Source of the DNA: Takakia lepidozioides
Taxonomy: Eukaryota; Plantae; Bryophyta
DNA: 64,000 bases
Reading direction: 5' to 3'
NCBI GenBank assembly: GCA_030704615.1
Contig: CM060732.1
Span: forward strand, 10,230,001 to 10,294,000
The position numbers were made by a program, and so were the translations under genes. Positions 27,152-39,489 of this stretch are shown here, one piece after another. The first letter of the stretch is position 1. Each line of letters starts with the position of its first letter. The notes beneath the pieces are model-generated. The model saw only the letters and a program-made list of their open reading frames with translations, did no database searches and was not told the DNA's origin.

Positions 27152-29230
27152 GGATGCACCCAGCATTGGCAGCTTGGCCATCACTTACATTTTATGGTGG
27201 TCTCTTTTTGTCTCATCCCTTGCCCTCTGACAGACCTACACCAAAAGGGTTTGTACTTTTCAACGACGCCCCCTTGAGTTCGAGAGTTTTAGTTACTGCT
27301 AGAGCATAGTGGTAATGAGCAATCAACAGCCATTACAATCTAGTTTGTAAAACTGATGGTAATATTCTCCTTATGAAGAAAGAAATCAGACTTTGTAAGA
27401 AAGGAGATGAATCCATCTCAGGCTGCAGTGAAAACTGGGTGTACTGCTCAGTATGTTGTCTAGTATGCATTGTCCCATTGTTGGAGAAGCCATTTGTCTT
27501 CGTAAACTGTGCTGGTACTGGCAAGGAGGAGACTACTGCAGACGGCAACTCTTGGCTGAATCTTAAGGATGCCTTACAGGTTTGATGTCTTTACTTGAAA
27601 AATGACCATACCTTAAGGCCTCTCTAATGTAGCAACTACAGGTATCATGTGGCCTGTTTAGGTGAGTCTGCTCTTGAATCAGATTTGTTTGGAGCATGGA
27701 GTCCTGTATTTCACTTCTTCAAGGTAATATGAACATTGTTGGAAATGGAGATGGAGCCTCAGGGAAAGTATGTACTCATATTCACTGTAGGAATAGTGTA
27801 GCTTAGCCATTTTTTCGCATTACTTTGTGGATAATATGATCTAAGGTTTGTGTAATTCTGCAACCAGATTTTGTGGCCAACCAATTTCTTGTTAGCCTTT
27901 TATTCATATACCATTGCATGTTGTAGGGCACTACCAAGGTGGAATTAGCTGGTGGTCACTTTGCAGTACAGCAGCAGAAGTGATGGGGCTGGAGGCTGTA
28001 GGTGGTGAGGATTGCCCAACTGCTGCTTGCCGAGGATGATATTTCTGGTGACATTGGTGTCATTGCTCCCTATGTTGCTCAGGTACACACCACCATGAAA
28101 TTTTCTAATTTCTACATGTTGCAAAGGTATGTCTTGTTATAGTGTGCATTTAGGTTGTGAACTAGATGGGCTTTACTGGAGTCTTTCCAGGGAAGGTGCT
28201 GGAGAAGGGAACCTTGCATGCCAAGAGAACGTTTGTTGGCCTTGCATTTCAGGTCAGATTGCTGCGAGAACTTTTCCAAGCATCTGCAGGTCAGGATAAG
28301 GACAAGCTTGCAGCTTTGGAAGTGGCAACTGTAGACGGGTTTCAAGGGCGACAAAAAGAGGTATACGTCACTGTTTTTATCACAGCTCTCTCTCTCCAAG
28401 GCTACAGAAAATAATATCTCATGAATACACTTTTCCCATTCCACCCAAACTGGGCACGGGGTCTATGGCCACAAGACTACGGCAATCAACGTTTCATAAG
28501 TTCATCTCCCTCTCTCACTTTCAAGCTGGAAGAACTGACCCTGCTAGATGAAGCTGACTTGGAGGATGCAGTATAGGAAACATGAAGAATGTCTGGTCAA
28601 AATGGAGTTAGGCATAAAACTTCCATGAACTTGTTTGCAGTTTGTGAAATGGGTGAGGACCTTAAAGTTGACTTGAAGGGCCTACCTACCCTTGGCACTA
28701 GACTGAAATTTAAACTCAGAGCGGGGAGTCTATGGCAAACAATGTCTTATGAGTACATTCTCTCACTCTCTTTCCCTCTTCGGGGTTTATATCGTGGTAA
28801 GTCCTACTACTGCAATGAACCCCTTACAAAAGTAGGGTCTGTTCCCTCTTATTTCGCCCAAACTGGGCATGGGGTACAGCAAGGCTATAGCAAACGTTCT
28901 ATGAGTGCATTCTTTGGGGTTACATGACCTCTTCACCACCGGGGCTGGCATTTGAGAAAAGTGGTTTAACTCATGTTGCCATCTAAGGTGGATGATTGTC
29001 TGTTGGATTGCATGCAGGTAATCATATTCAGTACAGTTCGTTCCAATACATATGGGCGGCTGGGATTCATGGTAGATCCCCGACGCATGAATGTAGCTCT
29101 CACAAGGGGAAAGCGGGGTTTGGTGGTTGTGGGCAGTGCCACAACACTGCAATCAGACAATCATTGGACCTTGTGGCTGCAACACATTAGGAGTGAGCAA
29201 CTTTGGTATGATGAAGATGCTTTGCATTAG
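27152..29230 (+). pseudogene. C-terminal half of a UPF1/DNA2/NAM7-like SF1 helicase (AAA_12 region), spliced
   Basis: RMHPALAAWPSLTFYGG, IGVIAPYVAQ, EVATVDGFQGRQKE, VIIFSTVRSN..GFMVDPRRMNVALTRGKRGLVVVG; Walker A/B exons not found upstream. Confidence 0.8.
28440..28915 (+). mobile_element. rearranged LINE 3' fragments of the same family as 20657-22190
   Basis: LGTRLKFKLRAGS and the AATGTCTTATGAGTACATTCTCTC terminus; a further short terminus lies at ~11380 on the minus strand. Confidence 0.75.
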
Positions 29231-29539
29231 CTTAGGTAGCCACTGTCCGCGTGCCTACCTGGTGTGCAATTTACACCATTGCACCCTTATCATATGACAA
29301 AGATTAAGACATACACATGTATGATTAGAACACAATGCAAACATCCCTCTATTAGACAACAAACTCTGTGAGCTAATTTCTTCCTGCAGACTCAGGCACA
29401 TGACACTTGAGTAAAGAGTTTGGTGTATCATAATGCAGTAGTAAGACGTAAGTCTTCCACAATCGACAGTAAACATTAGCCCATGCATATTTAGCTTCAC
29501 ATTGCATCAAAGGGATGACTTGAAGATTATATATTGGTC

Positions 29540-29745
29540 TATGAAAACAATTTGTCTGTACTGTATCACATGAAATGTGTGTACAATGTATACACTGTAC
29601 AGTATCATTGTGTACAGTGAGATCATTCTACTGTATCACATGTACAATTGTTGTATCACATATAATGATCATTGTATTGTAGTATCATTGTCATGTATCA
29701 GTGTGTATCATGGTATAGTGTGTACAATGATACAGCGTGATAAAT
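29540..29745. repeat. low-complexity TGTA/TCA-rich degenerate tandem repeat
   Basis: Repeated TGTATCA, TGTACA and TCATTGT words. Confidence 0.6.
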
Positions 29746-31084
29746 CCTTATGAAACCCTGGTGAAATGCTTTGATGTTGAGATATGTTTAATCCACTTAA
29801 GAGGATCATGCGGACTGAATACACAAAGTAGTTAACCAGATCCATCACCTGTGGACAAAAGAGTTAAGAACTTGGAAGCCTTTCAAGGTAGCATTACCAA
29901 CCTGTAGTGGATTGAACGGTGAGTGCGCTGTGTCACAGCATGATCTGTAAAGTCACAAGCCAAAGTAACATCCACCAAACAGTAAACCTTTGAACCATAT
30001 ATGATAAAACGAGGTTCAATAGACTTTGCTCATTCATAACCACATAAAAGGAACCAGCGTAGCTACGGCGTGAGCCCAGCCCCGTGAGCCTGGGAGCTGA
30101 GCTCACGTTGTAGCAGCAAAGCGTGAGCGGCACAAATCTGCTGGAGAAGCAGGTCCTATAGGCAAGGATTGCAGGAAGAGGGCCTATTACCGTGGACAAA
30201 ACAAAGGGGGCCACCATGCACCATGTCTGCAATGACTGCACAAAAAGAGGAATATGAAAATATGGCAGATTTGAGCTCAGAATGATTAACACACTTTATT
30301 TCAATTCACAGATAGACACTTACAATGAATGGCATGTGCATTTGCCCTGGTTCCGTGAACAAAATGTATGTGTTTGTCCTAAATGCAAAGTTTTCACAAG
30401 ATAACCTGGAAACCAGCATGGGAAGCGGGCATAGCTCGTATGTGTTCAAAGAGAATCTAGCGGAGCCCTACGTGAGGTGTCCCACTGCAGAAGGGTGATG
30501 ACTTCTCCGTAGCCTAGTGTGGCTTGGTGAATGAATTGGTCTCTCTTACCGTCGCAGCACATAATTACAAGGTATATGTAATATTGATGCTTGCAGGGGA
30601 CCCACTTCCCTCTCATGCCGAGGGGGGCTGCTATTTCATGAGCCATGAGCCATGAGCGGCATGAGCCATGAGCAGAGTCGTAAGTGTGGAAAAAAACATG
30701 AGCAGCACTATTTTCCGGAAATGAGTGTCCGCGGGAATAGGGTTTAGGGTGCCACGGTCATAGGGGGAGAAGGACCTCCCGATGAAGGAGGTTCGGCAAT
30801 GTTATTTAGAATTATATATTGAAAGGCAATGTTTCGCGAATGGTAGGGTGGTACTGCTCTGTACAATGGGGGCCCATTTCAGCCTACCAGCCATTTGCAA
30901 AATTCACCCACACTCCCAATCCCAAACGAAATGAGCAATGACGCATTCTCGGAACGATGGACACAGAATAGAATAAAAAGAGGGCACAATGAGGTTTTAT
31001 TGATCCACATGAATTGCATTTGAAGCACGTCTACTGTGCTGATTGTGCCATCAAATCTTGAGCCCTGTGCCTACTGAATACAAG

Positions 31085-31647
31085 TCACGTTGTCAATGGG
31101 ACTTCGACTGCTCTCAGAACTAGCTCATGAGTCATGGGGCTCCTCCATGTAAAGTCGATTGCAGCCGTTGTACCGCCCCTAGTGATGTTCACCACAATGT
31201 CCTGCCCTTCAATCATACCACCATCGAATATGGAAATCTTCACGTTTTCGTCGTCCACACCAATGCGAATGTCCCCATACAATGGAGAAGAGGAGCGCAC
31301 TCCTCGAGGAGAATAGGTCTCTCCGATGGAGTCCACCCACGTCCAGTGGCAGCAGTTCCACCGCAACAGCATAGCAGTGCGCCTTCTTCTGCATGGGTGA
31401 CCGTCGTAGCTGGGAAAATCGGAATCGAGGATGCGCAGGAGCCACGGACTCCTCAGACCAAGATCGTCACCCCGCTCGAAGCGTAGTGGCCTACGATATA
31501 CTCAAAAGCCACCAATGTTTCCACAATCGAACCAGTATCTTCTGTGTAATCTGTGTACCAGATAACAATGTCTCCCGATGTGGCCGAATACATTGCATAA
31601 TCGATGCCTCCAAAGGGGCAGTCGTCCCGGTTCCGGAAGCACGGCAT
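31085..31647 (-). pseudogene. element A cargo ORF X1, unknown function, frameshifted paralog of X2
   Basis: MPCFRNRDDCPFGGIDYAMY...LRWNCCHW...LYGDIRI...FDGGMIEGQDIVV...ELVLRAVEVP aligns along its length with X2. Confidence 0.75.
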
Positions 31648-32197
31648 CCTTGCAAAGGAGGACCTGAGGACGACTTGGATGCCGATGACCTTGCGGACAG
31701 CTACGAAGCCCTTAGATTTTGGAAATGATACGAAGCGGAAGAGCAGTCCGGCCTCCAATAATGGAGCATCTGGGTCACACGTACCCACCGACGGAGGTGG
31801 AACGTGTTCATCACGCCAGCGGTGGATGAAGCCATACATCTTTCTCATCAACAAGTTATAGTTTGAGATCTGCCACCGAAGTCCATCCCCCCGGATGGAA
31901 ATTCGGCGCCGCATTTACATCGAAGAGGGGATGGACTTCGTCGTGTCCAGTGGCTATCGGCCCACCTGGCAGTGACTGCCCATAGTTTGCATGGCAGGGT
32001 AGGAAACTGAAACGGCTACATTCATGCAGCAGCCAATCTTCATCGGTCCAGGATCCTGTAGGGGGGAAATTTAAATGTGCCCTGGAGTGTTTGTGAGGAA
32101 TTGCAGCGTTAGCTTGAACTTTTTCCAGCCACCGCGCTGCTCCTCCTCCATCCGGGAGCTGCTGTCATTGAGCGTACTCCGCTACTCTTTTTCAAGG

Positions 32198-32776
32198 ATG
32201 CCGTGCCGCCGAAATCCAGCCGACTGCCCTTATCATGGCCACGATTATGCTATGTTCAAACCAGAATCAGGAGACATCATTGTCTGGCTCTCTGTTTTCA
32301 CAGACGCTGCTGGAATCAAGCAAGAGTCTTTGCGCGCAATGGAGTATCTGGAGGGCTATTACCGCTTTGAGCGAGGTGAGGGCGAGGGTCAATGCGGTCC
32401 GTGGGTCCTGAAAATTGTTGACCTCGATATACCAAGCTGGAAAGGGATGCCGGATAGATCACGCACGGCCTCGCTTTGGCGCTGGAACTGCTGCCAGTGG
32501 ACCAGGGAGGACGGCACCGGGGAAAACTATATACGTGCAGATCACTCCGCTCTTCCAGTGTATGGAGACATTCGGCTGCGTTGCGAAGACGAATCGCACG
32601 GGCACATGAGGCCCACAGTGACCTTGTCAATGTATGATGGTGGTATCATTGATGGACATGACATTGTCGTCGGCTCCAGCAAGGGCAGCAGAACGACCGA
32701 ATTGCAGTTTACCTCGAGGTGCCGCAGCAGTGATGAGCTTGTTTTGAGGGGTATCGAAGTTCCGTCGACTTGGTGA
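32198..32776 (+). CDS. element A cargo ORF X2, 192 aa, unknown function
   Basis: Intact single-exon ORF MPCRRNPADCPY...ELVLRGIEVPSTW; amino-acid-level conservation with X1 supports coding. Confidence 0.8.
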   Translation: MPCRRNPADCPYHGHDYAMFKPESGDIIVWLSVFTDAAGIKQESLRAMEYLEGYYRFERGEGEGQCGPWVLKIVDLDIPSWKGMPDRSRTASLWRWNCCQWTREDGTGENYIRADHSALPVYGDIRLRCEDESHGHMRPTVTLSMYDGGIIDGHDIVVGSSKGSRTTELQFTSRCRSSDELVLRGIEVPSTW

Positions 32777-33029
32777 AGCCCATGTAGAAGGAGGAAGGGC
32801 TTAGTTTTGTCTGCAGTTGGTAAATGTGAGACATCGTGTCCGATCAATAAACCCATCGTACCTCACTTCTGTATGATTGTGTTTCATTGTGTTGAATAAC
32901 TGTCGGAATTGGCCCACTGTTTACAATTTGATGTCTCATTTCTACAATGTGTCTGTCCGGATGAATATAGCAGAGTAACCGGTATGTGAGTCATGTGTCA
33001 AGAATATACCAGAGTAACGCCATGTCGGA

Positions 33030-33800
33030 CATCGAAATGCGGCGCCGCATTTCCATGTCGGGATCGAAATGCGGCGCCGCATTTCCATGTCGGACATCGA
33101 AATGCGGCACCGCATTTCCATGTGGGACGAAAATGCGGTGCATCATTTCCGTCCAGGTACACGAAATACCAACACGGGTCTATAAATTGATCAGAAAACG
33201 AGGTTGGCATTGCAAATGCGGCGACGCATTTCCAGCTTGGCAATGGAAACTTCTTTTTGGACAAGGGAATGCGGTGCCGCATTTCCGTACAACACTTCGA
33301 AAAGTGTGACATTTCCGACCAGCGCGATGGAATGCGTTACCGCATTTCCGAGAGAGGGTCTGCAAATGGACAAATTGCGATGTCCGTTCTGGAAATGCGG
33401 CGCCGCATTTCCATGTCCGTCATCGACTTTTTTTTAACAATGGAATGCGGTGCCAATTTTTGCTGATGGGCCTGCAGTTCGAACAACGACCATCCCCAAT
33501 ACTGAAATGCGGCACCGCATTTTCAATCCCGCCATGTCGACCTCCTTGTTCGACCTCGTTGTTCGACCTCTGTAAGCGTGGTGGCATCCATGCAATGAGC
33601 GGGAGAGGCCAAAACTGGCGTGTGGACAAAGGAAATTTTGGAAATGCGGCACCGCATTTCCAATTCAGATTACTTTTTACTATGCCAACATTGAAATGGA
33701 AAATTTAGTCCCTCCCCTGTTTTGGAAATGCGGTGCCGCATTTCCAAAAGAGGTTCTTAGAGTTCCCAAATTTTGGAAATGCGGTGCCCCATTTCTGATT
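33030..33800. repeat. array of ~13 palindromes GAAATGCGG-YR-CCGCATTTC downstream of the ParB-MTase gene
   Basis: Copies start at 33035, 33067, 33100, 33131 (~32-bp period) and continue less regularly to ~33790. Confidence 0.95.
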
Positions 33801-33932
33801 TTGGGAGCGTCGTGGTTTGGGCGATTGTGTGGCTGGAATGCACACTGGAGAGGGGTCACGAATGTCGGGCAGAATTTCCTTTATATACTCTGGAAGAGAA
33901 TTTACATTTACAGAGACTTCATTAAAATTCTA

Positions 33933-36900
33933 TTAATCTTGAAAATCATCCGAATCCTCATCCTGTTCTAGACTGTCCTGCTCCTCCTCCACCCCCTCAG
34001 TGCCTCTCTCATCTCCAGCGGACTGCTCGTTGGCCAGGCTTTCGAAAATCCCATCTTCCCCTTGCGGAACTGTCCATCTCACCTCCGTTGGGTCGTCTTC
34101 CTCCCTGTCTGCGTCGCTCTCATCCGCTGAATCACATATGTACTTTCGTACCCGTCTACCTGTCTGAGCTGCTGCCAACTCTTTCCTTATCCTTCTGTCC
34201 TCCCTAGCCCTCTCCAAAATCTGCTCTACTTTACTGGGATTCTCACTTCTTCTAATCGCTGTATTTGCGAGTTTAGCTGCATAACTAGGAAGGGAGTAGT
34301 CCCTCACCGGGCTCGTCATGAAGTCGGCCCTCGCAAAGAACGGGACATTCTTCCTGGCAGGAAGTGTAGGCCCTACATGTTTCGACCCGGACCCTGCAAT
34401 CCTGCACATGACAATCATCAACGAGACTAATGAGAACCACAGTCGGGAAATTCGTTTGACATAAATGACCCAGAAGGCTTTGCAAACTTACAATGTTTGC
34501 ACTCACTCGTATTCCGGGTTCTCCTCCGCATCAATGTCCACTGTGTCTTCCTCGGACTCCGACGAATCCGAGGAGACTTCCGCTCTGTCGGGAGCCTTCA
34601 CATTCCGTTGCAGCCCCTCCAGATGGGATCCCCACACGGATGAATCCTCCTCGTAGGCAAAGAGGTGCCGGTCGGAAAACCGCCCAGCCCACATTGAGGC
34701 ACCTGTTACAATGCCATCCACACATTACCACATGGCGCTTCAGATGTTGCGAACTACATCCTAACGAGAATTTGCAGAACAGCAGAGATCAAGATTCTGC
34801 ATACCTGTCCCACAGATGAGGTCGAGCACTGTGCCCTCCACGTCTGTGCATGTCTCCATAATTGTCTGAATGAAGGCAGGGCTCCGAGTCCGTGAGTACC
34901 GCAGGGGTTCCGTTGAAGTGAGGCTATGAGGGAGAAGTTCCTTGGGAACGTTGTTGAACAGAACGTCGTAATCGAGTGGGTCGCAGTTCGGGTCAACCTT
35001 TCCTCCCTCCTTCCGGAAAGCAAAGGTGGAGTTCTCCTTCACAAAGCAGTATGCATCGAACTGCTTCGTCTGCATACACAGGGGGAAAACGATTAGAAAC
35101 CGAATGCGGCACCGCATTTGAAAACACCCAAGCAAATGAATGGACGAGTGCCAGTGTCGTAATCACCTTCTTCCCTTCCGACCGAAGGCCCAGTGTGTTG
35201 ATGCACGTCCACTTCTTTTTCAGAATCGGGACGGCGCTCTTGCGGGTCCACTTCGCAATTCCTGTCTGAGTGTTTTTTCCTCTGCTCGCCAGGACAACCA
35301 CACAGCCTCTGTCGTCCAACACCATGCGGGCAAGCCCGAATCCTTTCTTCCAAAAGTCCTCCGAGTACCTGTTCCAAGATGGCAAAGCTTGCAGTCCTTC
35401 CACAGGCTCTCCGTCCGGAATATCCAAGATGATCATATCGCAAGACCACTCGGTGGCATTTCCGCCCCTCCTACAATCCTTGTCTGCACACACCCTCTCA
35501 AAGAACGAGACCATATTCTGAAATCCTGGGGTGTCGGAAGGCTCTTCGGCAGTCGCCTTCTTCAGTGCTCTGCCCTTCAGACCCTCCATGGTCTTCATGT
35601 ATGCCAACTTGGCTGCCCGTCCATCCAAAGCCGCCAAGAAACTCTCATTTACACACTGGACTACAGTTTCGGGAGCCACTTTCGGCCTCTTCATTTCCAC
35701 CGGCTCGAAAGGGTGCCCCCCTGGGGGTTGAAGAGTGCCTTCTTTGCCGAGCCAGTTCTCGTGCCTCTCGTGACAACGGTGGGCACAGGGGAGGCAGCCT
35801 GCGTTTGGGGGGGTGGGCTGGTTGCAAAGTCTCCATCGGAGTCCTCTTCCTCACCCTCTTCCTGAACAGGCTGTTTCTGCTTCTTCGTTTTGGCGGGTGT
35901 CACAACAGCTGCTCCTTGCTGGCGAGTCCTCTTCTTCGACCCCTTCTGTTGGGCCTGCACAGCTGCATCCACCGTCTTTTGTGCCATCTCAGCTGCCTTT
36001 CTGGATTCTTCCAGAGCAGCAGATTCCTTTGCCGACTTTGGCCCAGCAGGGACACGTCTTTCCTTTCTCTTCTCTTCTGCCAAGGCGTGCAGATCTTTCT
36101 CAGACTCGTCAACAATACCGCCAGACATGTCCAGGTACCACGGGCATCCAACGAGATGCGCGGGATGCCATTGTTTCTGCATCTCGGGTGTGTAGACACA
36201 GCTTGGGCCCGCCACGGTCCAAGCCATGAAGAACGGGGGCTCTTGAGCCAGGGCCCCTGTCTGAAGGAGCACGTATTTCATATACCTGCAAGGCAGTCAG
36301 CATGCGTGAGCAAAAGTTGAGACCAACCTACTGGCAGAGTGCCACCGAAAACATAAAATGCGAATGCGGTGCCGCATTTCCGAGACAAACCTCGTAACCA
36401 GGCTTCGCATACAAGGGCAGCTGTGCTTCACCTGTAAACAATTCGCATTGCAGCTTTCCCCGCTCCCTCCTGATGTGTAAACTCCACGCTCCTTCTTGCT
36501 GTCTGTAGCTCTCTGGCGAAAAGGTTGTCCTTGTACGCACATCTGAAACGTGTCACGTAGTCTTCCAATGTCTGTGTTCCATCCCATTTGACGTACAAGC
36601 CGAACGAATTTGTGTGCATTACGACTTGCTCCTTCGCATTCGACATTACCTGCGATTCCCAAATGCATTGTCACGTAGCAGTTCAGGGAATTCATTTCAG
36701 AAAAGCAAATCTGGGGAAGTACCTTGAATTACCTGGAACCACCAAGTCATGCGGTTGAGCCACACATCCACTGCAGGGTCGGAAACTTCGAGTGGAAAAG
36801 ACCACATTGTCCTTATGCTCTCGGATGCATTCCAGATCGACAGCCACCGTGTCTGCCATTTCCGATCCAATGTCAGGAGCTGGAAGAGAGTGGCTATTGC

Positions 36901-39055
36901 TAGGAAGGAACTTCAGTGCATTGAAACCTCACCTTCTCTTTCGCCTCCACACATGCCGTTGAGAGGTGATGCAGTTTCTCCAATTGCATGGTCGGCTGCA
37001 TGGCCCGAGAATAGTGTTTTGCAATCTCGGGGATGAAGTCCTTTCCAAGTGCCGGATCTGCAATTGCCACCAGCTTCACAAGCTTTGACTTGTATTTGGT
37101 TCTGGACTTGACACCGGCTTCCTTCAAGTGCTCAGTCAATGACTGCAACGTTTTGACCTGCCCCTCACTTTCCATGAAGAAGCGTTTGGCATGGGCCAAA
37201 TCCAGCTTGATGTTTGACTGCCAACAAAAACATGCAGAAGCGTTACATTCGATTCATGTGGAAACATTACTGAAAATTGGGGAAGGATGAGCAGAGGGAA
37301 ATTGGAGGACGACTTACTTCGTATATCACCTCCACCATTCCATCCATAGTGAGACGATACCATGTCCGGTCTGTTTTTGCAACGGCTTTCTGAATGAGCT
37401 CGGGCTCCAGCATTTCCGCAAACATCTGCGGATCAGTGAGACCAGTTTTCCTCACCCTGTACAGCATGTGTGCCATGTGGGTATGCACGTACGCATTTCA
37501 GTGACCCTGCAAGGCACACTCTCCAGTTCAGTACACGGAAGCACGGAAACAAACCAGAATGGAAACCGAAATGCGGCACCGCATTTCGAACGTGCTAGGG
37601 AGGGTATGAGTATCTTACGAGTTGAGGTCCGCCATGGCATTCTTGAGCAGGGAGGAGTCTGCCGCCTTCACCTTGAGGATGACACACTCCACCATGTAAT
37701 GCCAGCCAATGTGCTTGGCATGGTTCTGCTTGATGTACTCCCACCAGGCGAGAAGTCGGTGATTCCCGTCCCACACAAAGAACATTTTACCCGACATATG
37801 GCCGAAGTCGGGATCACCCTTCAGCGTCGCCTCGAATTCGTGGTTGCGAGTGTGCCAGTGGGTATCCCACGTTGACAATTCATCGGCAGTGGGTCCACGA
37901 GTTTCGCCGTCCTCATTCTCAATGGAAACGTAAAACGCTGCCGATCCCAGACGGTACCCTTCTCGAAATGCGAACTTGAGCTTATCCACATCTCCGGGAA
38001 GGGCCTGCCTGACGATGGGAAGGGAGACCATGCGACAGAGTGGGATTCGAAGAGTCCGCTGGAATACCCTGCTGCCCAGAACTCTGCCAATGCTACTGTG
38101 TGTCTCCTCCAACATTTTATCCGCTGCACTTTTGAAATCCTCCGGAGACATGTCTGTAGGTGCCGGTAGTGGCTGAGCAGCTGGAGCATCCTCAACTGGA
38201 GCTGCACTCTGGGGCCTGTCTGCGGGCAATTCTGCCATTGCAGAGGCCTCCTCCGGGCCTGCTTGCTCATCGGTGGTGAGGTCTTGCTGCGAAAGTTGAG
38301 CGGCAGCACCCTCCTCCGGTACCAAATCGAGATCAACGGTCGATCCCATTGCCTTCGCTGCAGCAGAGTCGGCCCCAACATCTGCAGGCGGGAAATCCTC
38401 CAGGAACTGAGCTTCAGCTCGTGGAAGCGGTTTTGCGGGAGATTGTTCGCCCGTCGCCCTGATTGCCTTCTGCTTCCTCATCCTTGCAGGTGAAGGTGTC
38501 TGCTGCAATTGAATCTGTCTTCTACCCTGCTGCTTCATTCGCGTTGGGGGGGGTGAATCGGCCTGAGCCGGTTCAGAAGCCAGTAGAGGGACGGGCTGCT
38601 TCTTCTTCGACTTTGCTGGAGAAGGGCCCGACCCCTGCTGGCGATTCTCCATGACCGAAGAACGCGAGTCGATCTCTGGGACTTTGAACTTGCCCTTCGA
38701 AGACGCGTCTTTGAATCGCAGAGGGCTAGGCCCGGCAGGAATACCCGCGCTCGGGGATCGGGTGGGTGTACGTGCTGCAGCTAGCTCCTCGGACTCTTCC
38801 TGCGGCTCTTCGGATTCCTGCGATCCCTCCAGCACGTCCACCTTTCCTGTTAGGCATGCAAACATGTTCTGCATTCAAGTCTCCTAGCATTCAGTCTAAG
38901 AATTACAGAAGCAAAATGGGGGGTTCGGTGCTCGATCAGCTGCGCGCAGCCCGATCGCATGGAGCTCTCACTGGTGGCTGGGTTGCCTGAGTGGCCTGCT
39001 GCTCGGAGATGGCAATCTCCTCCTGTAGACGCATCTGCTTCCTCCCCTTCGGCAT
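33933..39055 (-). CDS. element A multi-exon gene: disordered N-terminus + ParB/Srx-like domain + helical region + beta-class amino-DNA-methyltransferase-like domain + acidic tail (a few apparent frameshifts)
   Basis: IPLCRMVSLPIVR...FFVWDGNHRLLAW (~38050-37740); CDMIILDIPDG (motif IV, ~35430); MVLDDRGCVVV; RSPAFIQTIMETCT..GTVLDLICGT|GASMWAGRFSDRHLFAYEED (motifs X, I, II across a GT-AG intron at ~34805-34706). Confidence 0.8.
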
Positions 39056-39489
39056 TGGCCTACGTCCGAAGTATAATTTCCGGAGCTTGCGACGAGGTCT
39101 CCTGTCTGGTGCACGAACTCCCCCCCTCTCAGGTTCGAGCATAAGAAGAACAGAGAGAGGAAAAGGGCCAAAGAGTGCAGATGGAAAGGGCGCGAGAGGG
39201 GTGACTGAGGAGACACGACAAAAGTAGATGAAACGGCGGTGATGCACCACTTGGGTTCGAAAGGGTTGGACGAAAGTGTCTCCTCGGGAGTTTGCGTCAT
39301 TACGAAATTCGAATCGTTGAGGGTACGCCTGCCGTCCGAAAAACAAACATCATTATCGAACGGTCAGGCCGCGCCGCCTCATGCCCCTTCAGTCAGATAG
39401 AGTGCCGACATGTGCAGCAATTCCGTTGCTCCACGTGTTCACATTTCAAGGTATTTCCGTCCCAGCGTCTGATGAGTTGGAGCGAAAAT

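Noticed and set aside
32986-33971. Many overlapping ORFs with KCGAAF / MRRRIS / NAAPHF peptides (also 39300-41260)
   Set aside because: Translation artefacts of the DNA palindrome, seen in all six frames
33933-39055. Bacterial or phage contamination as the source of the ParB-MTase gene
   Set aside because: The gene has several GT-AG introns, one shared between families, and sits inside TSD-bounded elements contiguous with plant genes
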